A stretch of DNA of 64,000 bases. Source: Anaeramoeba ignava BMAN (taxonomy: Eukaryota; Protista; Anaeramoebae). Positions 25,150-37,398 of the stretch are shown piece by piece. The DNA lies in the NCBI GenBank assembly GCA_028826165.1, contig JAPDFW010000022.1, forward strand, positions 62,001 to 126,000, read 5' to 3'. The position numbers and the translations under genes were made by a program. The first letter of the stretch is position 1. The number at the start of each line of letters is the position of its first letter. The notes below the pieces were generated by a model, which saw only the letters and a list, made by a program, of their open reading frames with translations, was not told where the DNA came from and did no database searches.

Positions 25150-25663
25150 TATTTTTATGTAAAAAAAAAATGAAAATTTAAATTAAAATTTAATTTTAAA
25201 ATTTATAATAATTAATAATAAAATTATTCCTCAGTGTAAAATAATTTAATTTCCTTTATATTTTTTATAATTTTTTTTAGTTAAACTCTTGTAGAAAAAG
25301 CAAAAAAAAAAAATTTAAATTGATAATTTTCAAAAATTATGAGTCATTTAATAAAGAAAATCGGATAAAATTAAAATTAAAATTAAAATTCATTTATAAA
25401 ATTAAAATCAAAATTAAAATTAAATTTAAAATTAAAATCAAAATTAAAATCAAAATCAAAATTAAAATTAAAATTAAAATTAAAATTAAATTAAAATTAA
25501 AATTAAAATCAAATTAAAAATCAAAATTAAATTATAAAATCAAAATCAAATTAAAAATTTCTTTCGTTTTGAAAAAAAATCATTTCGATTTAATTAATTC
25601 CTAAATCTTTAACTTATTAAAAAAAATTATTCCAAACCAAATTCAAAAGAAAGAAAAAAAGTT

Positions 25664-28600
25664 TTATTTTAGATTTTTTATAGTTGGTTTTTCTGAATCT
25701 TTTTCTGGAACATGAATTTTAAATCCAAAAATTTTTGGAACATATCTATGAGTTGGAAGAGGAGGTTGTAATTCAGGTTGAGAATGAAGAAGAAAATGTG
25801 CAAAAGTTGTACCAAAATAAGCACCATCCATTGCTAAAAAAAATAATAAAAAATTTAAATAAAAAATTTAAATCAAAAAAAAAACGGAAAAATTTTTTGC
25901 TTTTATTTTTGTTCTTCTTTTTTTACAAGCATGTCGAAGTAATTTTGGAACATAAAGCTTTTCACAACGAGGACAAAATAATTTAACAGTGTCCTTTTAA
26001 ATTTGTTTTTTTTTTTGAAAATAATAATAAATAAAATAATGAATAAAAAATCAGAAGAAAATTTTCAAGTTGAAAAGAAATTGATGGATTACTTGTCGAA
26101 CATTATCAGATAATCCTACAGGAAGGCAAGGTTGCTTTTCACAAAAAACTCTAGGACATCTTCCAAATTCACCATTTTGATATTTAGTAGTCTTTTTTTT
26201 AAGAAAACAAAAAGGGAAAAATATTTTATTTTGAAAAATTGAATATAAAATTTTTTGATTAAAATTTTCCTTTTTAAATACCATAAGTTGCATTCCTGGA
26301 GTAGTAATAATATATCTTGCATGAATTAACCCATAGAGCATTTCTGCTGCACTTTCTACAACTTCTTCTTGTTCTTCAGTTAATTGATCTTTAAGAAAAA
26401 AATTTTGAATTTTATTTTATAATTTATAATTTAATTTTGAATTTAATTTATAATTTAATTTTGAATTTAATTTTGAATTTAATTTTGAATTTAATTTTGA
26501 ATTTAATTTTGAATTTAATTTTGAATTTAATTTATAATTTAATATTGAATTTAATATTGAATTTAATATTGAATTTAATTTATAATTTATTTTATAATTT
26601 AATTTATAATTTAATATTGAATTTAATTTTGAATTTAATTTATAATTTAATTTATAATTTATTTTATAATTTATTTTATAATTTAATTTTGAATTTAATT
26701 TATAATTTAATTTATAATTTAATTTTGAATTTAATTTATAATTTAATTTATAATTTAATTTATAATTTAATTTATAATTTAATTTATAATTTAATTTATA
26801 ATTTAATTTATAATTTAATATTGAATTTAATTTATAATTTAATTTTGAGATTTAATTTTAGAATTTAATTTATAATTTAATTTTGAATTTAATTTTAGAA
26901 TTTAATTTATAATTTAATTTATAATTTAATTTATAATTTAATTTATAATTTAATTTATAATTTAATTTATAATTTAATTTATAATTTAATTTATAATTTA
27001 ATTTAGAATTTAATTTATAATTTAATTTTGAATTTAATATTGAATTTAATTTATAATTTAATTTATAATTTAATTTTATAATTTAATTTTGAATTTAATT
27101 TTGATTTTAATTTTTGAATTTAATTTATAATTTAATTTATAATTTAATTTATAATTTAATTTTGAATTTAATTTATAATTTAATTTTGAATTTAATTTAT
27201 AATTTAATTTATAATTTATTTTTGAATTTAATTTTGAATTTAATATTGAATTTAATATTGAATTTAATTTATAATTCAATTTTTGAATTTAATTTATAAT
27301 TTAATTTATAATTTAATTTATAATTTAATTTATAATTTAATTTTTGAATTTAATATTGAATTTAATTTTGAATTTAATTTTTGAATTTAATTTATAATTT
27401 AATATTGAATTTAATTTATAATTTAATTTATAATTTAATATTGAATTTAATTTATAATTTAATTTATAATTTAATTTATAATTTAATTTATAATTTAATT
27501 TATAATTTAATATTGAATTTAATTTTGAATTTAATATTGAATTTAATTTAAATTTAATTTTTATTTTTAATTTTGAATTTAATTTAGAATTTAATTTTTG
27601 AATTTAATTTAGAATTTAATTTAGAATTTAATTTTGAATTTAATTTTGAATTTAATTTTGAATTTAATTTATAATTTAATTTTGAATTTATTTTTTTTGA
27701 ATTTAATATTTAAATTTATTTTTAATTTATAATTTAATTTATAATTTAATTTATAATTTAATTTATAATTTAATTTATAATTTAATTTATAATTTAATTT
27801 TGAATTTAATTTATAATTTAATTTATAATTTAATTTTATAATTTAATTTTTAATTTAAATTTAGAATTTAATATTGAATTTAATTTTGAATTTAATATTG
27901 AATTTAATTTTAAATTTAATATTGAATTTAATTTTGAATTTAATTTTGAATTTAATTTATAATTTAATTTATAATTTAATTTAATTTATAATTTAATTTA
28001 TAATTTAATTTATAATTTAATTTATAATTTAATTTTGAATTTAATTTTAATTTTTGAATTTAATTTTAATTTAATTTTTGAATTTTTATAATTTAATTTA
28101 TAATTTAATTTATAATTTAATTTATAATTTAATTTATAATTTAATTTATAATTTAATTTTGAATTTAATTTATAATTTAATTTATAATTTAATTTATAAT
28201 TTAATTTATAATTTAATTTATAATTTAATTTATAATTTAATTTATAATTTAATTTTGAATTTAATTTTGAATTTAATATTGAATTTAATTTTGAATTTAA
28301 TTTTGAATTTAATTTATATTTTAATTTATAATTTAATTTTGAATTTAATTTAGAATTTAATTTAATTTAAATTTGAATTTAATTTATAATTTAATAATTT
28401 AATAATTTTGAATTTAATTTATAATTTAATTTTTGAATTTAATTTATAATTTAATTTTGAATTTAATTTTTGAATTTAATTTTTGAATTTAATTTTAATT
28501 TAATTTATAATTTAATTTATAATTTAATTTTGAATTTAATATTGAATTTAATTTATAATTTAATTTATAATTTAATTTTGAATTTAATATTGAATTTAAT

Positions 28601-29295
28601 TTTGAATTTAATAATTTAGAATTTAATTTATAATTTAATTTAGAATTTAATTTATAATTTAATTTAGAATTTAATTTATAATTTAATTTATAATTTAATT
28701 TTAAATTTAATTTAATTTATAATTTAATTTATAATTTAATTTATAATTTAATTTTGAATTTATTTTTTAATTTAATTTTGAATTTAATTTATAATTTAAT
28801 TTATAATTTAATTTTGAATTTAATTTAGAATTTAATTTATAATTTAATATTGAATTTAATTTATAATTTAATATTGAATTTATTTTAGAATTTATTTTAT
28901 AATTTAATTTATAATTTAATTTATAATTTAATTTATAATTTAATTTATAATTTAATTTATAATTTAATTTTGAATTTAATTTATAATTTAATTTTGAATT
29001 TATTTTTGAATTTAATATTGAATTTAATATTGAATTTAATTTATAATTTAATTTTATAAATAAATCTTAATCTACCAAGTTCAGGAGAATCAACATCTTT
29101 TATTGTTTGAAGTGCATATTTATAATAAGGAACACAACTTGATAATCCTGTTAAATTAAAATTATCCGCAATAAAAGATTCTTCAACTTCACACAAAAAT
29201 TCGTTTCCTTTTAAACTGCAAAACCAAGTTACCCATGAAACATTTTCATCTTCTTGATTTTGATTTTTTGAACGAGGTCGATTATCTTGAGCCAT
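25664..29295 (-). CDS. CSNK2B: Casein kinase II regulatory (beta) subunit
   Basis: [68 protein letters not shown]; first intron 26389-29075. Confidence 0.95.
26420..29056. repeat. Intronic minisatellite, 12-bp units TTTATAATTTAA / TTTTGAATTTAA
   Basis: About 2.6 kb tandem array within CK2 beta intron 1. Confidence 0.95.
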
Positions 29296-29397
29296 AAATT
29301 AAAGAAGAAAAAAAAAATTAAAGAAGAAAAAAAATGAAAAAATGAAAAAATTAAAATAAAAAATTTTTTTTTCATTTTTTTTTCATTTTTTCATTTT
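29296..29397. promoter_or_regulatory. 102-bp bidirectional promoter with TCATTTT initiator-like motifs on both strands
   Basis: CK2 beta and Rho start codons diverge 102 bp apart; TTTCATTTT copies lie upstream of each ATG on its own sense strand. Confidence 0.55.
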
Positions 29398-29991
29398 ATG
29401 GATAATCCAGTTAAATGCATTTTTATTGGAGATAATGGAGTTGGAAAAACAAGCATTTTAAATACTTTTATCACTCATTATTTTGATGAAAGTAATGTAT
29501 ATTCATATTTTGACGAACAAGAAACAAATATTCAAGTTGGCAATAAAACAAGCAAAATAAGATTAAGAGAACTTTATAATATTGAAGAATTTCAATCACT
29601 TGAAGAATACACTTATAACGAACAAATTGTGGATATTTTTGCTCTTTGTTTTTCTATTATTTCTCCAGAATCTTTTGAAAACGTCACAAACAAATGGATA
29701 ATTCAAGTCAAATCTTCTTTTCCAAAAATTCCAGTTATTCTTATTGGAACCAAAATTGATTTACGAACAGATCCAACTCAAATTTCCCAATTGGAATCTC
29801 AAGGCTTTTTTCCTTTTGATTTCAATTCTGGTTTACAATTGGCTAAGCAAATTGGTGCTTTTACTTATATTGAATGTTCTTCAAAAACTCAAGAAAATTT
29901 GACACAAATTTTTGAAGAAATTGCTCGTTATTTTAATTCAAAACGTTTATCATCAGAAAATTCCAAAAAAATTCGTTGTCAAATTATTTAA
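29398..29991 (+). CDS. Atypical Rho/Rac-family small GTPase, intronless
   Basis: GDNGVGKT, SFENVTNKW, GTKIDLR, Rho insert, YIECSSKT, CAAX CQII; G3 motif degenerate. Confidence 0.88.
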   Translation: MDNPVKCIFIGDNGVGKTSILNTFITHYFDESNVYSYFDEQETNIQVGNKTSKIRLRELYNIEEFQSLEEYTYNEQIVDIFALCFSIISPESFENVTNKWIIQVKSSFPKIPVILIGTKIDLRTDPTQISQLESQGFFPFDFNSGLQLAKQIGAFTYIECSSKTQENLTQIFEEIARYFNSKRLSSENSKKIRCQII

Positions 29992-30164
29992 AAAAAGAAA
30001 ATGCTTTTTTTTTTTTAAAAATTCAGAACATTTTTATTTGGAATTTTTTTTCTTTCTAAAAAAAAAAAGTTGGAAATTTTTTTGCTTTTTTTCTTTTTTT
30101 CTTTTTTTTTGAATCAATAAATTAATTGTAGAAAATTTGATTTTTCTTTTTCTTTTTCTTTTTC

Positions 30165-31733
30165 TTAACAACATCCATCTTTTTTGTTTTTTGGTTTTTC
30201 TTTTTGGTTTGTTAATGTAACTGTATTATTTTCAATAATAAGTGAACTTGTTTTTTTAAGTTGTAAATCTTGTAATTTTGGTTGATTTTTGTTTTTTAAA
30301 ATTCCTAAATTTTGTTTTTAAAATTTAATTTGAAAAAGTTGATTAAATTTTTCTGTTTATTTCATTAAAAAAAAAGTACGAGTTGCTAAATCTTGAAAAG
30401 CTTCTACAATTCCGAATCCAGTTTTTGCTGAAGTATAAAAATGATGTGCACCATTTTTTTCAGCATAACTTTAAAATATTTTTTAATTTTTTTGTAAATA
30501 ATATTTAATTTAGAAATAATATTTAATTTATAATTAATATTTAATTTATATTTAATATTTAATTTATAAATAATATTTAATTTATATTTAATATTTAATT
30601 TATATTTAATAATTAATTTATAAATAATATTTAATTTAATATTTAATTTATATTTAATATTTAATTTATATTTAATATTTAATTTATATATAATATTTAA
30701 TTTATAAATAATATTTAATTTAGAAATAATATTTAATATATAAATAATATTTAATTTATAAATAATATTTAATTTATAAATAATATTTAATTTATAAATA
30801 ATATTTAATTTAAATATAATATTTAATTTATAAATAATATTTAATTTAATATTTAATTTATAATTAATATTTAATTTAATATTTAATTTAATATTTAATT
30901 TATATTTAATATTTAATTTATATTTAATATTTAATTTATATTTAATATTTAATTTATATTTAATATTTAATTTATATTTAATATTTAATTTATATTTAAT
31001 ATTTAATTTATATTTAATATTTAATTTATAAATAATATTTAATTAGGAAATAATATGATGAATACTTTTCTGCATCTTCTTTTGAAACTTTTTGTTTAGA
31101 TAAACAATCATATTTATTTCCTGCTATAATTATAATAGGGGTTTTCTCGAGAACTGTTTTTAACTCTTTTATCCAATGTTGAACCTGTGCAAAAGATTGA
31201 GAATCAGTAATATCATAAACAAGAAAAGCACCTCAATAAAAAACGAATAAAATAAATTAAAAATAAATAAAAAAAATTGAATGAATAATTCATTTCCTAA
31301 ATACCATCTGCATCCCGATAATAAATATGACTCAAAGCATGATACATTTCTTGACCTGCTGTATCCTAAATATAATATTTTTGATTTTGGAAAAAAAAAC
31401 GTTTTTTTTTCATTTTTTTTTTAAATTAAAAAAGAAAATTTATTGAATAATTCCATTCCTATTTTTTAAAAAAAATACCCATATGAATAATTTAATTCTT
31501 CCTTCGGGTAAATTTAATGTCTTATCCATATATCCTGCTTTTGTTGTTGATTTCATATTTGGGTCAAATGTATTTTCAATATATTTTATTAAAATACTTG
31601 ATTTTCCAACTCGACCTAATTTATTTTTATGTTTTTATGTTTTTAAATTCTATTTTTCTTGCTAATTTGTGTTTTGTTTTTTTGTTTTAAAACCTTCTCC
31701 AAGAAGAACTATTTTTGATTCATGTGTTTGCAT
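30165..31733 (-). CDS. Rab GTPase, Rab21-like
   Basis: Spliced: KIVLLGEGRVGKSS, WDTAGQEMYHALSHIYYRDADGA, IAGNKYD, HFYTSAK, C-terminal GCC. Confidence 0.88.
30495..31045. repeat. Intronic minisatellite, ~18-19-bp unit TAATATTTAATTTATATT
   Basis: Tandem repeat inside a Rab intron (about 30469-31066). Confidence 0.9.
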
Positions 31734-31859
31734 TTAATAGAATAAAGAAAAAAGAAAAAAAATGAAAATGAAAAAATGAAAATGAAAAAATGAAAATGAA
31801 AAAATGAAAATGAAAAAATGAAAATGAAAAAATGAAAATGAAAAAATGAAAAATAAAAT

Positions 31860-32922
31860 TAAATTTAAATTTAAATTAATAAAAGCATCGTTGGTTCAGT
31901 GGTAGAATACAAGATATTTATTAATTAATTATTTAGATAATTATTTAATTAAAAAGTGGAATAAAATAATATTAATTAAGAAATATATTTAATTAATAAA
32001 AATATTTATATTTTATTTATTAATTATTATTAAAATTAAAGAAATAAATTAAATAAAATAATTTAAATATTTAAATAAATAAATATGTTTTAAAAAATTA
32101 AAAAATAAGAAAAAAAATTAAATTTAAATTTAAATTAATAAAAAGCATCGTTGGTTCAGTGGTAGAATACAAGATATTTATTAATTAATTATTTAGATAT
32201 TTAATTAGATAAAAAGTGGAATAAAAAATAAATAAAATAATTAAAATAAAAAGTGGAATAAAATAATATTAATTAAGAAAGATATTTAATTAATAAAGAT
32301 ATTTATATTTTATTTATTAATTATTATTAAAATTAATGAAATAAATTTAATTAAAATATTTTAAATATTTAAATAAATAAATATGTTTTAAAAATTAAAA
32401 ATAAGAAAAATTAAATTTAAATTTAAATTAATAAAAGCATCGTTGGTTCAGTGGTAGAATACAAAATATTTATTAATTAGATATTTAATTAGATATTTAA
32501 TTAGATATTTATTTAGATATTTATTTAAATAAAAAGTGGAATAAAATAAATAAAATAATTTAGATAAAAAGTGGAATAAAATAATATTAATTAAGAAATA
32601 TATTTAATTAATAAAAATATTTATATTTTATTTATTAATTATTATTAAAATTAATGAAATAAATTTAATTAAAAATATTTAAATATTTAAATAAATAAAT
32701 ATGTTTTAAAAATTAAAAAATAAGAAAAAAATTAAATTTAAATTAATAAAAGCATCGTTGGTTCAGTGGTAGAATACAAAATATTTATTAATTAATTATT
32801 TAAATATTTATTTAGATATTTATTTAGATATTTATTTAAATAAAAAGTGGAATAAAATAAATAAAATAATTAAAATAAAAAGTGGAATAAAATAATATTA
32901 ATTAGGAAATATATTTAATTAA
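31860..32922 (+). repeat. Tandem array of tRNA-Gly 5' fragments with AT-rich spacers (continues at 37999-38148 after the transposon)
   Basis: GCATCGTTGGTTCAGTGGTAGAATACAA(G) at 31885, 32145, 32437 and 32752 is identical to the first 28-29 nt of the tRNA at 38149; spacers are homologous to each other. Confidence 0.95.
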
Positions 32923-33630
32923 AGCCTTCCCCGCAAGCAAAAATATTTTCTTTTACTTACACTTACAAAAAATTAAGTGTAATCATTCTCAAAAAATTGA
33001 GAAAAATGATTAATAAAAGCAAATATATCTAACTTTCGAAGCTTATCAGGTGATTTTTTTTTCAAAATATCCATTTTAGGAAATGATATACTCAAGCTGC
33101 TGCATATAAATAATTAGAAGATTAGATTTAAATTTAATTTTCATGCTCAAGAATGAAAAAAATTATTAAAATTTTATTGAAATCAATAATTTCTATTGTT
33201 GCAGAACTTTCAGAATCTGGTCCTATTTTTTTCAACATGCTTAATTTATAGATTATTTTATGTTCTTATTTAGGTTCAAATAAATTCAAAAACTTTCGTG
33301 TTTTATAGAAATGGGATGCTTATTTGTTGATCAAAAAATTGGCATTTTTTCAAATTTTTATATCAACTCATTGATCATTTATTTTGTCGATTTCAACCAT
33401 TAATCTTCTTTTATTTTTATTTTTATTTGTTTTTTTCTCTTACTTTTTTTTCTTATTTGTTGACAAACACTATTTAAATAAAAAAAAATATTTTATAAAA
33501 AAAAAATAACAAGATCACAAAACATTTTTCTTTTGACATTTTTTTAAAATTTTTTTCTTTTTTTCTATTTTCTTATTCTGTTTTATCTTTTTATTTTTTT
33601 TTCAAATCTTTGTTTTAATTCGTTTTTTAC

Positions 33631-36425
33631 ATGAAAGCAATAACTTGTTATATTTGTGGGAAAAAAAAAATCCCTAAAGCCCAAGTTCCATCCAAAAATG
33701 AATTATTTTTGAAATTAGAATCTACTCCAAGAAGAAAAAGTAATAAAATATGTAATCGGTGCTATAGAGATAATTTAAAAATGGTATATTTTAGTTATTT
33801 TGCTTCTTTTTAATTTTTTCTCATTCCATCTTTTTTCAGAAAAAATTTATTCAGGAAAACAAGGATATCAAAGAAGAAAATAGCTGCCTCAAACAAGAAT
33901 TAGATTATTTAAAAGAGTTGGTTCAACAACAAAAAAAAGAAATCAATCACCAATTCTCAATTTATAAAGAAGTCAAAAAACAATTGAAAACAACTCTCTC
34001 TTGGGTGAATATCCTCAATGAAAAATGTGACAGCATCGCTAGAACTGAAATGGAACTTAGAGAAAATCTGTGTGAAGTTCAAAAGGAAAAAGAAAATTTG
34101 AAGAATCAACAAATCACAATCCACTCACATTTGATGTATCAACTTACAAAAGAAAATCAAGATTTAAAAACACAAGTGGAAAAAAATCAGATTAAAATTG
34201 GGAATTTGAGAGATAGTGTATATTATTGGAAAATTACTAAACCGAAAAGAAAGGAAAAAAAGAAGGAGGAAGAACAAATGAAAAGAGATTCACTCAAAAA
34301 TCTCTCTCAAAATCAAACCTCACTTGATGGTGAAAATGAAAACAATCAAAATGAAAACAATCAAAATGAAATGGGAAAAGGAAAGGAAAAAACAAAAATT
34401 GAATCTAAATCAATTAAAAAATTCAGAAAACTATATGAAAACGATCGCAGAATGAGATCTGCATTTAATATTGGGACAAAAATTGTAGGAATCAGTATTT
34501 CAAAATTTTATAGATTCCTCAACTTATTTGAAATCAAGACACAAGATGGGTTGCAAGATTATTGCGATGAAGTTAAAATCAAATTAGCTCCAATAGTTAA
34601 TAGTATGGCAGAATCAATTCTAGATTTATCTGCAGAGGAAGTAGAACAATCTACTGATCCTTCTTCAACACAAACCATGGAACATATGAAAAATCACTTT
34701 ATATCTGATAAAGATATTGATAAAATTGCTAACTCCTCAAGAAAATTATTTATTAATAAAGAATTGACAAATTCATCTTCCCTTCTAGACCTCAAAGAAA
34801 AAATATATCAATTAGTCATAAGTAATGAAAAAAAAAATTCAATCGAAAGAAAAGATCAGAACAAGAATAATTCAAATCAACAGATAGAGAATGAATCTCA
34901 ACCAGAAATCGATTCCACTAAAAAAATAGATTCGATTTTTTCTCATGATGTAGCATATTCACATCGGAATAACCGAGCTGCAGATGCATGCGCAATTTTT
35001 ATTGAAGCGAACACAAAATTTAACAGAATTATACATTACCAAAGAATGAGCTCAACTTCAACCATCCATCCACAAAGTTTAGAGGGATTTTTGATTCCCA
35101 AAGGAATACAAAAGCTTTCGGAGAAATACAATATCCTTGCCACGGTTCATGACCAGAATACCTCATCTAAAGTTAAACAGTGTTTCCCGAATATCATGCA
35201 TTTACTAGATCCCTGGCACGTAACTAGATCAATTCGAAGAAGATACAACAAACTTGTTAACAAATTCTGTGGATCAAATAAAAAGAAACGCTCAAAAGAA
35301 GAAAGCGAGAAAATGCGAAAAAAAAAAGAACATTTGATGTCATGGAAAGAATCTATAATTTTCCATTTTCTAAGATGTGCAAAATCTTGCCAAGGCGATA
35401 TGACGACTTTATTATCTGAATGGTTTAGATATTTTCTCCACGCTAAAGGCGATCATTCCCTTTGCCCAAAAAATAGTCCATGCACAAAAAATGAAAATTC
35501 AAACGAAAATAAACATCCTGAAGATAAAAAAATTACAAACAAAGAGGAGGAAGCATTCTTCAAAATGATACTTTCTGATTTCACCATTATTAAAAAATTA
35601 ATTTTTTGTAGATATTTTTTATCCACAAGCTACAACGAATCCTTTTTCAGCACTTTAAACGGTTATCGCGAAAAAATAAGTCATTTTAAAAATTATAATC
35701 TTCTTTATCAACTTGCCATCATTGATTGGAACCAAAATAGGGAAAAAGAAAATGAAAAGGAAATAAATTTAGGAAACCAAGAAAACGAAATTGAATTCAA
35801 TGAAAAAAATGCATTACAAGAAAATCAAAAAAAAGAAAAAGATATGGAATGGCAAAAAGAATTACTTCATCTCTCTTTACCAGGTATCTTTCAAAAAAGT
35901 ACATCTTATTTGAAGAATTTAACTCTCTCAAGAATCAAAAAAAAGAAAAGAAATAGCTCAGAAGAAATTGTCCCTCCTCAAAAAGAAAAAAAAAGAAGTA
36001 GAAAGTCACCAAAAAAAGAAGCAAGTTTAAAAACAAAAAAAAACTTGATCTCAACATTTTTATTAAGTAAGATTCAACCCAATTTGTTTGATTTTGAAAA
36101 CTATTCCTTGCTTCCTACATTTCAAATCCATTTCAAAGATGCTTTGGAGATGTTAAATCCAAAAGAAACTCATAAACAAACTCAAAAGGAAACAGAGAAC
36201 TCATGTCCCAATATACATGATTTGCACATTTTTTCCAATCAAAATCCTTCATTGTTATCAAGAAAAAGTAAAATCGATAATAAAAATGACGTTCCCATTC
36301 AAACAAAAACAAACAATCATAATGCTATCCAAAATATTCAACTTCCCAAACCCAGAGAAATTCAACTCCTTGAGGAAGATTATATACACAACAAAAGAGA
36401 AGAAATAAAAGAGATTTCTGAATGA
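33631..36425 (+). CDS. DDE transposase (Kolobok/Mutator-like) with N-terminal C4 zinc finger
   Basis: Exon 1 (33631-33783) CYIC..CNRC; phase-0 intron 33784-33839; motifs FSHDVAYSHR, TVHDQN, LDPWHVTRS, HAKGDHSLC, STSYNESFFS. Confidence 0.82.
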
Positions 36426-37398
36426 TTTAATTGATAACCCCATTAATCTGTATCTTCCAAGTGGGATACAAGGATCATGGTGGAAAAGATGGGACTTAGA
36501 GCAAATGCTGGAGTCTCAAGATTTGTCTATTGGATTAGTAAATTTTTTATATCCTCAATATCAAAATGATGTAGAATTTACCAGATTAGATTTTGAACCC
36601 ACGATCCAAAAATTACATCAAGAATACAAAGATTTTCAAGCATTCAAAAACAGAAGAAATCAAATTTATGAAGATTTTGATAAATTTTTAGAAGCTTCAA
36701 AAAAAAGTTATCCCAAATTGATTGACCATTTCAACAATTTCGTTGAAAATCGACCGAGAATGAACAAAATAGATGTCTTTTCTAATTGGTTGATGTCTCC
36801 AGAACTCAGAAACCAAATTGAATTGTTTGAATCGTTAATAGAATTTGAGAAAGGAGTGGATGGTTGGAAGCAATTAAGAACAATATTATTTAATTTTGAA
36901 GAATGCGAAAGATTGATGAAATGGGATGAAAAGGAACCTTTAGATATTATACCAATAATATATTTGACTAATCATCATTATGTGTGTTTTTTGATTGATA
37001 AACAATTTCATAAAATCTATTTATATAACACTATTCCAAAATATGCAAAAAAGGAAGTAGAAGATATGGGAAATCATATAAAACAGTATATTAAATGGCG
37101 CATAAATGAAAATTATGAAATTGAAGAACTAGTCAAGAAAAAAATCCAAGAAGATGGCGCCCAATGCGGGAATTCAGTACTACTTTTTTTATGGTTGATT
37201 TTCACTATTAAAATTCCTATTGAAAAAGCAGTGGAAATTATCAACCATTCACTTGCTGTCAGATTTAGATTCATGATCCTAAAATGTATTTGTAAATCAA
37301 CCAGAATTCAATTATTATTCAAATCACCAGAATTCATTCAAGATATAATACAAAATCACCCCAAAAAATATCGGCACAATTCATTTTTTCTTTTTTGA
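36409..37398 (+). CDS. Ulp1/SENP-like (C48) cysteine protease domain, probably the C-terminus of the transposase
   Basis: IIPIIYLTNHHYVCFLID..IYLYNT..IQEDGAQCGNSVL gives His, Asn (usually Asp), Gln, Cys; the frame is open from 36409 and overlaps the transposase stop. Confidence 0.75.
   Translation, partial: KRFLNDLIDNPINLYLPSGIQGSWWKRWDLEQMLESQDLSIGLVNFLYPQYQNDVEFTRLDFEPTIQKLHQEYKDFQAFKNRRNQIYEDFDKFLEASKKSYPKLIDHFNNFVENRPRMNKIDVFSNWLMSPELRNQIELFESLIEFEKGVDGWKQLRTILFNFEECERLMKWDEKEPLDIIPIIYLTNHHYVCFLIDKQFHKIYLYNTIPKYAKKEVEDMGNHIKQYIKWRINENYEIEELVKKKIQEDGAQCGNSVLLFLWLIFTIKIPIEKAVEIINHSLAVRFRFMILKCICKSTRIQLLFKSPEFIQDIIQNHPKKYRHNSFFLF

Noticed and set aside
31885-32780. Split or intron-containing tRNA genes
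   Set aside because: No separate 3' halves or complementary leader/trailer sequences were seen, the break is not at the canonical 37/38 position, and an intact copy exists.
31885-32922. CRISPR-like array (29-nt repeat plus spacers)
   Set aside because: The repeat is a tRNA 5' end, spacers are 230-290 bp and homologous to each other, there are no cas genes, and the context is eukaryotic.
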